DNA of 64,000 nucleotides from Macrostomum lignano (Eukaryota): assembly GCA_002269645.1 (NCBI GenBank), contig NIVC01000150.1, positions 744,001 to 808,000 of the forward strand, written 5' to 3'. Every line of letters begins with the position of its first letter. Positions within the stretch are counted from its first letter, which is position 1. The notes beneath the pieces were generated by a model. The model was not told the DNA's origin. It saw nothing but the letters and a program-made list of their open reading frames with translations, and ran no database searches. This document shows, one piece after another, positions 25,451-38,900 of the stretch. The position numbers and the translations under genes were made by a program.

Positions 25451-26914
25451 TCTACCTCTCTCTTAGATACATACGAAAACAGACCAGCATATTGATGAAA
25501 TAAAATTTCATATAACAGACGCAACAACATATCGGTAGATAATCGACTCTACTGCTTGTGCAGCTACCATCAAACTGGGGTACTCAGGCAACTGAGTTAG
25601 CTGCAAGATTTCTCATCACTCCCTAAGAAACCCCTGCTTCCCAGCTAATCAGGACAGGTGAGAGGGGGCCTAATACTCTGTACTCTATCCCAAATTATAA
25701 AAAATCTTCCCCGAAAAAATGTTCCCATTTATGAGGTAGGTTTTCTCTCGCTACTTAGTGATAACAAAATTCTGTAGGAGGGGTAGGGGAGGGGATTTTA
25801 TAACACCGGGTCAGCGGGGGGGATTTGGAACCTGGCCCGAGCACGCAAGGCTCTCTAACCCTTCTCCCTTCTCCCCATGAGCTGAGTCACTGGACTCGAT
25901 GTTTTGATGAAGATGAACCCGACGCTCAGACAGTGGAGAGGGGGAGACGGCCGCAGAAGCAGACATGAAGGCAACTCAAATTCAGTTTTCTCTTTTATAT
26001 TATAAAAAAAAGAATTTTTAAAGACATGCGAAGAGGCCAGAAAATCTCTCTAATCCCTGCCGGCTGTCTTTGAGTCCCTGTGCTCATCTCCCGGCCGCTG
26101 TGGAAATTCGATATGCAAAAATATTAAGCCATTAACCCAGCCTCTCCTTATAAGCCGTTCATCATCTCCTACCTGCTTTAACACGGAACTATTAGAAGAG
26201 CTACCTGATAATTGAATCGGCAGTGGGAGCTCGGGTGGCAGGCAGCACCTGTGCCAAAAATATGTTTGTCTCCGAGCTGGGAGGTTTGTACTGCGGATTA
26301 TCAAAAGCCTCACAAAGGTCCCTCAGCAGTGGTGTTTGCCTCTCGGACCCGCCTCTCTCCATTTCTCTGCCGTTCTGCGCAAATATTTTCTTAGCTCGCC
26401 AGTTTCGCTTCTCAATTTTTCCCCGAAACTCTTGCTGACTTTCCAATCCAGATGCTACTAGCTAATCGGAGTCCTTGGATGTAGCCAGACATCCTTGCTG
26501 TCTCTCTACTCTAGTCCAGTCTTTGTTACATTGAGTAGCATTCGAGAGATTGAGAGAATCGAGCGGTTGGCTTTTGGAATTCCGAGCACAAGCAGCCACT
26601 AATTCTTAGGGGACCTCAGAAAGACGAATTGACAACGATATTGCGTCATCGCTGAGACGCGGAGCGAGAAAGCGAACTCTTGACAGCTGTAGCCGCTCCG
26701 GTGCTGCAGATCCGGAGAAATTACGGACCCAATAAAGCAGGGCTGCCAAGGAGAGGAGGGGAGTTGAGAGGGTCTCGAGACAAGAATCCCAAATGAATTT
26801 CTCCCCACCGATGCCTGTAAATCCTCCGAATGGACACATGTTCACCAATTTGCGGGTTCTAAACCTCATGAGCTATCTATCTGTTCCATCCGAGTGCCTT
26901 TGTGCCTGTCTCAG

Positions 26915-26996
26915 TGCCTGTCTTAGTGTCTGTCTGTCTGTCTTAGTGTCTGTCTGTCTGTCTTAGTGTCTGTCTGTCTGTCTGTCTGTCTGTCTT

Positions 26997-27063
<67 letters not shown>

Positions 27064-27258
27064 TAGTGTCTGTCTGTCTGTCTGTCTGTGTGTCTGTCTG
27101 TCTGTCTGTCTTAGTGTCTGTCTGTCTGTCTTAGTGTCTGTCTGTCTTTCTGTCTGTCTGTCTGTCTTAGTGTCTGTCTGTCTGTCTGTCTGTCTTAGTG
27201 TCTGTCTGTCTGTCTTAGTGTCTGTCTGTCTGTCTTAGTGTCTGTCTGTCTGTCTTAG

Positions 27259-27291
<33 letters not shown>

Positions 27292-27366
27292 TAGTGTCTG
27301 TCTGTCTGTCTTAGTGTCTGTCTGTCGGTCTTAGTGTCTGTCTGTCTGTCTGTCTGTCTGTCTTAG

Positions 27367-27399
<33 letters not shown>

Positions 27400-27400
27400 G
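26915..27400. repeat. (TCTG)n with recurring TTAGTG interruptions
   Basis: Reverse complement of the 18113-18700 array type. Confidence 0.95.
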
Positions 27401-28211
27401 CCCCCACAGCCATCCCTATCAGGCAGGTGTGCAGGGGGCCAGAAGGTGGGAGTCGGTGACGGCTCAGGCAGCTCAGGTTAATTGCGCGTCACGCAAGTGC
27501 CACTGCAAGCTTGTGTTTGTCACAGAGCGCATTGCCCAAGCCCACAGCTCACATGTAAATGTTATTGCTAATCGCAGACAGACAATGGAGGGGAAGCCAG
27601 GAGGAACTGAGCAGGCAATTCTGGCGTTCTAAAACTCAAATGCCGTGACAGAGGGTTATTCAATTTTTGACTCTGGCCAGCCAGGACAGACGGCTCATGC
27701 TTTCTCAGTGAAAGGCGAATGAGTTGCCTAAGATAATCCCCTACCGCGACCTCACTGTCAAGGAGGATTTTCCTTCCAGGAAAGTGGAGAGCCAATGGCA
27801 GGGATTATCTGACGCTCCCCGATTAACGATGCCAATTCTGACAGTTTCTCTTTTTAAGAGCATTTTTTGTGCCTTTTTTTCCAAAAAGACGATTAAATTT
27901 GGATAGCTAGTGTCCCTCCCAGAGACTTTAATTCCTTTTATTCCTTTTAACTCCAAGAAGTCAGCAAAAAAGACAAAACGATTTTTAAGCAGAGTTCTGC
28001 GTCACGCCGGCACGGGCTTATAAAGAGCAAATATTGGTCCAGGCTGAGCCTGGCTCTCCAGCCGCTGCGAGCCTGGGCTCGAATCTGCTCTAGGTCAATT
28101 TAATTAATTCCGAGTACATTTTTTCCCACGGCACAGAGAGTGTACCTGCCTGACGATTAGAATGTCAAGGCCCCTGTACACTCTGTGTGAGCCTGTGTCT
28201 GCATGTGTTAC

Positions 28212-29160
28212 TCTGGATTATCCCCATGATACACAGGATTATCCCCATGATACAATGGATTGTCCCCATGATACACTGGATTATCCCCATGATACACTGG
28301 ATTATCCCCATGATACACTGGATTATCCCCATGATACAATGGATTGTCCCCATGATACACTGGATTATCCCCATGATACACTGGATTATCCCCATGATAC
28401 ACTGGATTATCCCCATAATACACTGGATTATCCCAAAGATACACTGGATTATCCCCATGATACACTGGATTATCCCCATGATACACTGGATCATCCCCAT
28501 GATACACTGGATTATCCCCATGATACACTGGATCATCCCCATGATACACTGGATTATCCCCATGATACACTGGATTATCCCCATGATACACTGGATTATC
28601 CCCATGATACACTGGATTATCCTCATGATACACTGGATTATCCCCATGATACACTGGATTATCCCCATGATACACAGGATTATCCTCATGATACACTGGA
28701 TTATCCCCATGATACACTGGATTATCCCCATGATACACTTGATTATCCCCATGATACACTGGATTATCCCCATGATACACTGGATTATCCCCATAATACA
28801 CTGGATTATCCCTATGATACACTTGATTATCCCCATGATACACTGAATTATCACATAATACATTGGATTATCAATAGCACACAGGATTATCCCATAATAG
28901 ACTGGATTATCCCCATAATCGACTGGATTATCCCAATGATACACTGGATTATCCCATAATACATTGGATTATCCCATAACACACAGGATTAGCTCGTATT
29001 CCATAATACAACCAATGAAGGAACTGAATTATCCCTATAATACACTGAATTATCCCCATAATACACTGAATTATCCCCCATAGTACACTGGATTATCCCC
29101 ATAATACCCCGGATTATCCCATAATACACTGAATTATTCCCATAATAGACTGAATTATCC
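28212..29160. repeat. 21-bp minisatellite (ctggattatccccatgataca), degenerating toward the Ig1 exon
   Basis: Read directly. Confidence 0.93.
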
Positions 29161-29229
29161 CAACGGTTTAAACTCCCAACGCAGCAGACATCAGTCCACA
29201 AAATCCCAAATCCCGTCATCTGCCCGCAG

Positions 29230-29568
29230 GTGCATCGGATCTGTCGGTGCAGCGCCCGATGCCCAGAGCCTCGGCAGTGCGGGGCTCCAGCGTCACTCTG
29301 GAGTGCGGCTTCCAGCCGACACCGGAGTACATCATCTGGAGCTTCGCCGCTGCCGCCTCCGCAGACTGGAAAACCATTGTGCGGTGCCAGAACTCGCCGG
29401 TTCAGAACTGCGGCTCCACGTCGGGGTCGCAGTTCTCCGACTCCCGGGTGACCGCCAATGGCACCATGGAGCTGCCGGAAGTGGACCAGCGGCACAATGG
29501 GTCCTATAAGTGCGAGGCCTACAGGGCTTTGGACACCACCAGCACCCAGGGCTCGCTGACGGTTATTG
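29230..29568 (+). CDS. IgSF exon, Ig1
   Basis: CGCAG|GT acceptor; SVTLEC...IIW...NGSYKCEA...LTVI; donor G|GTGAGT; 339 nt. Confidence 0.88.
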
Positions 29569-32500
29569 GTGAGTGGGACAGGTGGAGTGACACAGAGTGA
29601 CACAGAGTGACACAGAGTGACACAGAGTGACACAGAGTGACACAGAGTGACACAGAGTGACACAGAGTGACACAGAGTGACACAGAGTGACACAGAGTGA
29701 CACAGAGTGACACAGAGTGACACAGAGTGACACAGAGTGACACAGAGTGACACAGAGTGACACAGAGTGACACAGAGTGACACAGAGTGACACAGAGTGA
29801 CACAGAGTGACACAGAGTGACACAGAGTGACACAGAGTGACACAGAGTGACACAGAGTGACACAGAGTGACACAGAGTGACACAGAGTGACACAGAGTGA
29901 CACAGAGTGACACAGAGTGACACAGAGTGACACAGAGTGACACAGAGTGACACAGAGTGACACAGAGTGACACAGAGTGACACAGAGTGACACAGAGTGA
30001 CACAGAGTGACACAGAGTGACACAGAGTGACACAGAGTGACACAGAGTGACGCAGAGTGACACAGAGTTATATTTTTAGGATTTTGGTATTAATATAACA
30101 CGGCCGGTAATTATAATTAAGTAGGTGACGAGTTAATCATGGTAAACAAAGTCTATTGTCATTTGCCAGAGCTCTTATTAAAGACGCAGATAAACAAAGA
30201 CTTAAAAGCTCTTTGTCTAAACAAAGAAACAGCAAATCAGGTATTCAATCATTTCAATTGACATTTCATCAATACGCGAGCTACCAGCAAATTTTTCTTT
30301 CACAATTCTGACACATTGTTGCAGTCTTGCTGCTTTGCAAGACGCGAACAGGGAGAGAATTAAAAAGGGATTTGTGTGAGAGGAATTAGGGGAGGGGGGT
30401 TGAGAACTGGCCAAAGCATAAGTGAGAGTGATGAATTATTAATTTGATTGCTAAGTGACCGCGTATGTTCGACAGAAGCGCGAAGTCCCCGGACAGACGA
30501 GAGCCGAGGGAATTCAATCAAGAGCACTGCTGCGAATTCTGGGATAAAAATCCCTCCACGCGCACACTTAGCCGACTTAAAAACCATTGCTGCACGGTCA
30601 AAAAATTTCCCGCAATAATAATTCCCCTCACTGATTCACTCTGTGACTCAACTGACTTTATGAGATTCTTGGCGAGGCCCACCGCCCTCTGGCTCGCATA
30701 TAATTATCCAACCCCCCCCCCAAATTGCGCCATAAAGTCTCTCTTATCGGCCGTCACGCTGTCAAGCTGCCTTGCTGGGATATTTGGGACGGGGAGGACT
30801 GCGGATTCTAAGAAATTTTATACCTCAGTTGTAACATCAGCGGTTAAATGAAATATTTGGGAGAGCTGACTTCAGTCTAATTAATCCTGAAGGAATAGAA
30901 TGGATTGCTAATATAGCCAGCATCACTGATGAAGGAATAGAATGGATTGCTAATCTAGCCAACATCACTGATGAAGGAATAGAATGGATTGCTAATCTAG
31001 CCAACATCTCACTGATGAAGGAATAGAATGGATTGCTAATCTAGCCAACATCTCACTGATGAAGGAATAGAATTGATTGCTAATCTAGCCAACATCACTG
31101 ATGAAGGAATAGAATGGATTGCTAATCTAGCCAGCATCACTGATGAAGGAATAGAATGGATTGCTAATCTAGCCAGCATCACTGATGAAGGAATAGAATG
31201 GATTGCTAATCTAGCCAACATCACTGATGAAGGAATAGAATGGATTGCTAATCTAGCCAGCATCACTGATGAAAGAATAGAATGGATTGCTAATCTAGCC
31301 AGCATCACTGATGAAGGAATAGAATGGATTGCTAATCTAGCCAACATCACTGATGAAGGAATATAATGGATTGCTAATCTAGCCAACATCTCACTGATGA
31401 AGGAATAGAATGGATTGCTAATCTAGCCAGCATCACTGATGAAGGAATATAATGGATTGCTAATCTAGCCAACATCACTGATGAAGGAATATAATGGATT
31501 GCTAATCTAGCCAACATCACTGATGGAGGAATAGAATGGATTGCTAATCTAGCCAACATCACTGATGAAGGAATAGAATGGATTGCTAATCTAGCCAACA
31601 TCACTGATGAAGGAATAGAATGGATTGCTAATCTAGCCAGCATCACTGATGAAGGAATAGAATGGATTGCTAATCTAGCCAGCATCACTGATGAAGGAAT
31701 AGAATGGATTGCTAATCTAGCCAGCATCACTGATGAAGGAATAGAATGGATTGCTAATCTAGCCAACATCACTGATGAAGGAATAGAATGGATTGCTAAT
31801 CTAGCCAGCATCACTGATGAAGGAATAGAATGGATTGCTAATCTAGCCAGCATCACTGATGAAGGAATAGAATGGATTGCTAATCTAGCCAACATCACTG
31901 ATGAAGGAATAGAATGGATTGCTAATCTAGCCAACATCACTGATGAAGGAATAGAATGGATTGCTAATCTAGCCAACATCTCACTGATGAAGGAATAGAA
32001 TGGATTGCTAATCTAGCCAACATCTCACTGATGAAGGAATAGAATGGATTGCTAATCTAGCCAACATCTCACTGATGAAGGAATAGAATGGATTGCTAAT
32101 CTAGCCAAAATCACTGATGAAGGAATAGAATGGATTGCTAATCTAGCCAACATCACTGATGAAGGAATAGAATGGATTGCTAATCTAGCCAGCATCACTG
32201 ATGAAGGAATAGAATGGATTGCTAATCTAGCCAACATCACTGATGAAGGAATAGAATGGATTGCTAATCTAGCCAACATCTCACTGATGAAGGAATAGAA
32301 TGGATTGCTAATCTAGCCAACATCTCACTGATGAAGGAATAGAATGGATTGCTAATCTAGCCAACATCTCACTGATGAAGGAATAGAATGGATTGCTAAT
32401 CTAGCCAAAATCACTGATGAAGGAATAGAATGGATTGCTAATCTAGCCAACATCACTGATGAAGGAATAGAATGGATTGCTAATCTAGCCAACATCACTG

Positions 32501-35500
32501 ATGAAGGAATAGAATGGATTGCTAATCTAGCCAACATCACTGATGAAGGAATAGAATGGATTGCTAATCTAGCCAACATCACTGATGAAGGAATAGAATG
32601 GATTGCTAATCTAAAAATACCCCAGGTATGCTTTCGATTAGTGAACTAGCCGGTTCAATATTTAGCTTGCATCTTGAGAACCCCCATTTGTAAATTTATC
32701 CCTGCTACAAAGCAGAGAGCAGATGAAACTGCAGGAGGGAGCGCCGAGCGCCCTTCGCCCCAAGGCGAGAGTCAATGCAGATTGCCGGATGAGGCAGAAG
32801 GGCATATCGGAGACTGCATCGATCTACTTGAAGGCGGCACCCAGTTTTGCAGCCATGTGGTCGTCATTAACCAAATGGATTCTCAGTGCTCAGCTGGGTG
32901 CAGCGCTGCCTCTGGGGCCTCTGCCTGCTTATCTGTCACAGATTTTCACCTTTTCACCCCGTGAGTGACACGAAGAAGCAGAAAAGGGGAGGGGTTAAGA
33001 AATTTAGCCGCTAAGAAAATCCCCAAGGGATACCCGCGAGGCCTTGGGGACCAGGGACGCCTTGGGTTAGTATCTGGAATGGAAACCCAGTTTCAACAAA
33101 TTTACTTGAAATCCCAATTTCGCTTTATAGTATCCTGTTTTACAATGCACTGAATTCGAAATAACAAAGGAAAGCAAGAAGCCAAAAATGAAACACAAGA
33201 TTAAGAAATGCTTTTCCCCACTTCGTAGATAAGCAACAAGGTGGGGCAATAATTTCCCAAGAGGCTGGCCCGGGTCCTGTCAGTCATTCCGCCGGGGTGA
33301 ACCTGCAGGCTTCTCCGTGGCTACAGGTCCTGTTTGCCATGTCTCTTGCGGCCGCTTGTGGGCTTGAGCGTGGAATTTCACCCTGAAGAAAAGTCGTGGG
33401 AAAGACGGAAAAGTTGGATAGTCTTTGCTTTGTTACCTGCCGGGGGAGAGTGTGATTTTACTTGCTTTCTTGTCAGTGCTGCCGGCTTAAACACCAGTGC
33501 GTGCTGAGCGGTCTGGGAGTGTGGGTGAATCTGTGGATTCAATGGGTGAATGAGGAGCAGAATGGGTGAATGAGGAGCAGAATGGGTGAATGAAAAGCAG
33601 AATGGGTGAATGAGGAGCAGAATGGGTGAATGAAAAGCAGAATGGGTGAATGAGGAGCAGAATGGGTGAATGAGGGGCAGAATTGGTGAATGGAAGGCAG
33701 AATGTGTAAACGAGGGGCAGAATGGGTGAATGAAAGGCAGAATTGGTGAGTCTATGAATAGAATGGGTGAATGAAGGGCAGAATTGGTGAATCTATGGAT
33801 AGAATGGGTGAATGAAGGGCAGAATTGGTGAATCTATGAATAGAATGGGTGAATGAAGGGCAGAATTGGTGAATCTATGAATAGAATGGGTGAATGAAGG
33901 GCAGAATTGGTGAGTCTATGAATAGAATGGGTGAATGAAGGGCAGAATTGGTGAATCTATGAATAGAATGGGTGAATGAAGGGCAGAATTGGTGAATCTA
34001 TGAATAGAATGGGTGAATGACGGGCAGAATTGGTGAATCTATGAATAGAATGGGTGAATGAAGGGCAGAATTGGTGAATCTATGAATAGAATGGGTGAAT
34101 GAAGGGCAGAATTGGTGAATCTATGAATAGAATGGGTGAATGAAGGGCAGAATTTGTGAATCTATGAATAGAATGGGTGAATGACGGGCAGAATTGGTGA
34201 ATCTATGAATAGAATGGGTGAATGAAGGGCAGAATTGGTGAATCTATGAATAGAATGGGTGAATGACGGGCAGAATTGGTGAATCTATGAATAGAATGGG
34301 TGAATGAAGGGCAGAATTGGTGAATCTATGAATAGAATGGGTGAATGAAGGGCAGAGTGGATGATCGAAGGACAGAATGGGTGAATGAGAGGGAAAATGG
34401 GTGAACGAGGAACAGAATGGGTGAACAAGGGCGGAACGGGTGAAAGACAGTCATTTAACCACTTTGCTAATTGTCTGACTTGCAATAAACGGCGCAGGCT
34501 GCAGCAGAAGAATCTTCAATATCTGCTTACAAAGACGAGCCCAAACGAGACGAGAATGACAAAGACCATTGCTCAAGACCAATGCTCAAGAAATACTGGC
34601 AAAGGCACTGCTCTCAGGTGGGGGTAAAAAGTCAAGTAGACGCAATGCACGAGAGCGCGGGCAGCAACGAATTGCAGTGTGGGATCCGAGGGCACACGAG
34701 GATAATACCCTCCGCTAAGCACATGACAACAACGAGGCCATGGCTTAAAGATCCCACTGGAGTGGAATAAATGTTCAAGTGCCCTAAGCCAGGATTAACT
34801 AATAGTAAGGGATCCAGATAGACAGCAACGCCCTGCTTCTGTGGGCAGTGCGCAGCTGAACAAACCTTAGCTGGGGAAGATCTTTGCTTTCGCTTTCACT
34901 TTGTCTGTCCTGGGCCTGTCTGTTGCTTCTCGCTTTACTCAAAACAGCGAGTTTTTTAAGCCTTATCAATTGCAGCCTGCTGACTCAGTCAGAGGAGGTC
35001 CACTGCCCCCTCCCCAACCCAAACCTTGACTTTGGCGTCTTCCATTGCTGCATGATTTAAAATTAATATACATTTCCCTTGACTGTTTCTTCAATAATGA
35101 AGAGTTTTTGTTGCTCTGAGCTAAAAAGTCAAGGAAGAAACAGTCCACAGTCACGCAGCAGTAGTTGTCTAAGATGGCCAAAGAAATTTCTGTAAAAATA
35201 ACAATGCAGCTGGTTGCTTCTTCACTTTTAGCCCGTCTTCAGCGGCAATTGTGCACCGCCTGCTTTTACCTGAGAGTTTTTTTCAACTGGTGTTGCAGTT
35301 GAGAGGGGAGACAAGCCAAGATGAGGCTGACAGAGCAGCTGCTGGGGTTGCTGGGGAGGGCTGGCAGGCGGTTGTTGGGGCACAAGCAGAGTCAGGTGTC
35401 TCCTAGTGCCTTTGTTGTGTGACAAGTGCTATTCAATTTGCTGTCTGTGATGAGTGAGGCGAGTGAGGGGGTGAGAGTGAGAGTCAGTAAGAGCGTGAGA

Positions 35501-35888
35501 GTACGAATGAGAGAAGGAAGTGAGTAAGAGTGAGATCAAGAGTGAGAGTGGGAGCGAAAGTGAAAGCTAGATTGAGAGTGAGAGTGAGAGTGAGAGTCAG
35601 AGTGAGTGCGAGAGTGAGAGTGACAGTGAGAGTGAGTGGAGAGTGAGAGTGAGAGTGAGAGTCAGAGTGAGTGCGAGAGTGAGAGTGACAGTGAGAGTGA
35701 GTGGAGAGTGAGAGTGAGAGTGAGAGTAAGTCTGAGAGTGAGAGTGAGATTGATAGTGATAGTGAGAGTGAGAGGGAGAGTGATAGTGAGAGTGAGATTG
35801 AGAGTGAGACTAAGTCTGAGAGTGAGAGTGAGAGTGATAGTGAGATTGATAGTGATAGTGAGAGTGAGATTGAGAGTGAGACTAAGTC

Positions 35889-35919
<31 letters not shown>

Positions 35920-38900
35920 CAGAGTGAGTGCGAGAGTGAGATTGAGAGTGAGACTAAGTCTGAGAGTGAGAGTGAGATTGATAGTGAGAGTGAGAGTGAG
36001 AATGAGAGTGAGAGTGAGTGGAGAGTGAGAGTGAAAGTGAGAGTTAGATCAACTCAAAGTGAAAAGAAGACTTGAATGAGCACAAAAGTTGAGCACCAAA
36101 CTAAAAGTGAGGAGAGCGGAATATTCAGCAATTATCCGACAACGCCCAGACAAAGGCAATATTCAATACAATGGATCTGGGGTGATAATTGATAATTTGA
36201 AGTCAGCTCAGCCAATAAGAATTCCGGATGTCAATGCGTTTATGTCGTGGATTTTTAACTGCTGAGACAATCCTGCATGAATGAACCCTCAAAAAAGTCA
36301 TCTCGGAAGTCACGCACTGGGTAAGCAAATGACTCACGGTGACTCAGGATTTGGCGCGAGAGTTACTAATTTTAGCACCCAATTGATTAGTTTGGCGCCG
36401 GATTGATTAGTTTAGCGTTGGGTTGGTTATTTTAGCGTTGGATTGATTATTTTAGCGTTGGATTGATTATTTTAGCGTTGGGTTGATTATTTTAGCGTTG
36501 GGTTGATTATTTTGGCGCCAGATTGATTAGTTTGGCGCCAGAGTGATTAGTTTTGCGCCAAGATTGATTAGTTTGGTTCCAGGATTGATAAGTTTGGCGC
36601 CAGATTGATTAGTTTAGCGTTGGATTGATTAGTTTAGCGTTGGGTTGATTATTTTAGCGTTGGGTTGATTATTTTAGCGTTGGGTTGATTATTTTGGCGT
36701 TGGGTTGATTATTTTGGCGTTGGGTTGATTATTTTAGCGTTGGGTTGATTATTTTAGCGTTGGGTTGATTATTTTAGCGTTGGGTTGATTATTTTAGCGT
36801 TGGGTTGATTATTTTAGCGTTGGGTTGATTATTTTGGCGTTGGATTGATTAGTTTAGCGTTGGGTTGATTATTTTAGCGTTGGGTTGATTATTTTGGCGT
36901 TGGGTTGATTATTTTAGCGTTGGGTTGATTATTTTAGCGCCGGATTGATTAGTTTGGCGCCAGATTGATTAGTTTTGCGCCAAGATTGATTAGTTTGGTT
37001 CCAGGATTGATAAGTTTGGCGCCAGATTGATTAGTTTAGCGTTGGGTTGATTATTTTAGCGTTGGGTTGATTATTTTAGCGTTGGGTTGATTATTTTAGC
37101 GTTGGGTTGATTATTTTAGCGTTGGGTTGATTATTTTAGCGCCGGATTGATTAGTTTGGCGCCAGAGTGATTAGTTTTGCGCCAAGATTGATTAGTTTGG
37201 TTCCAGGATTGATAAGTTTGGCGCCAGATTGATTAGTTTAGCGTTGGATTGATTAGTTTAGCGTTGGGTTGATTATTTTAGCGTTGGGTTGATTATTTTA
37301 GCGTTGGGTTGATTATTTTAGCGCCGGATTGATTAGTTTGGCGCCAGATTGATTAGTTTTGCGCCAAGATTGATTAGTTTGGTTCCAGGATTGATAAGTT
37401 TGGCGCCAGATTGATTAGTTTAGCGTTGGGTTGATTATTTTAGCGTTGGGTTGATTATTTTAGCGTTGGGTTGATTATTTTAGCGTTGGGTTGATTATTT
37501 TAGCGTTGGGTTGATTATTTTAGCGCCGGATTGATTAGTTTGGCGCCAGATTGATTAGTTTTGCGCCAAGATTGATTAGTTTGGTTCCAGGATTGATAAG
37601 TTTGGCGCCAGATTGATTAGTTTAGCGTTGGATTGATTAGTTTAGCGTTGGGTTGATTATTTTAGCGTTGGGTTGATTATTTTAGCGTTGGGTTGATTAT
37701 TTTAGCGTTGGGTTGATTATTTTAGCGTTGGGTTGATTATTTTAGCGCCGGATTGATTAGTTTGGCGCCAGATTGATTAGTTTTGCGCCAAGATTGATTA
37801 GTTTGGTTCCAGGATTGATTAGTTTGGCGCCCTATTCATATTTTAGCCTTTCCAAATCATAATTTCTTAGTTACTTCCGTTGTTTAAGCTCTTTATGACC
37901 CCTAATTAATTTATCAATCATTGATATCTGCAAAACTTTAGGCAATTTAAAAAACATGAAAGCAGATGTGATTTCAAAGCCGATCTCTGCCGAGTGGTCT
38001 TTGTCTGCATTCAAGACGATCGGGTTTCGCTGTGTCAGAAAATCTTGATACCAGGCTTCCGGGGTATCCGCGTGCCCACAGCTCATACTGAATGCGACTT
38101 TCACGTATTAACTCCTCGCCAGATAGAGGTTGTCAGCTGTCGTGTCCCATCCTATTGTAACCTACAGATCCCTCTTCCCTTCCTCTTGCTTCCTGACCCC
38201 CTGTGACCCACCCCATCAAGCCCGCGAGTACGGCAATATTAATAATTAAGAGGCCTAATTACCTATTCTACGTCTAACAGCTAAGAAATTATCCTCAAAT
38301 TCTAAATTAGAAATTCGTGTCTATGGTAAAGATTAAGTTTTAATAATTACTCTTTAAGCATTCAGGCTGACGGATGTAATTAGCTCTGTGGGGGGGGGCT
38401 GTATGAAGGCACCGGAAAATTGCTGCCCTGTCTGCCTGGTGCACCTGAGATAGGATGCCTGAACAGGGCTGTCAGTATTGGTTTCAAATATGAATTAATC
38501 CATTTTTAAAGCAGCTTCAGTCAGCCATTTAAACTGGGAAAATAGTTCGCTGAGCAGTGAGTTCTAGGAAATTGTCGGCTTGTTTTTAATTGGCTTTGGT
38601 TTGACGTTCGTGCGATTTTAAACATTTTCTCCGGGTTTGCCAGCAAGCTGAAGCTTGCTGAGTATTGGAAAAGGGCCATGTTTACCCTTTTTAATTTTTC
38701 CTTGGATGATGATCCTGAGACTGAAACCCCAGCTTTCCTGATTCTCAGTTGCTGGGCCACCCAGATCCTCAGATGCTGGGCTACCAGCCTCTCAGATCCT
38801 CAGTTGCTGAGCCAGCCTCCCAGATCCTCAGGTGCTGGGCCACCAGCCTCTCAGATCCTCAGCCTGAACCGCCAGCCTCCCAGATACTCAGTTTTCTGCT

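Noticed and set aside
23728-25503. Leu/Ser/Pro-rich ORFs of over 500 aa
   Set aside because: Translation of a C/T-only satellite that cannot encode stops.
30888-32612. 42-bp array translating to [14 protein letters not shown], which looks LRR-like
   Set aside because: 14 aa is too short for an LRR unit, 44-bp variants break the frame repeatedly, and the array is intronic.
35636-36075. (SE)n and (RV)n ORFs
   Set aside because: Translation of a GAGAGT microsatellite inside an intron.
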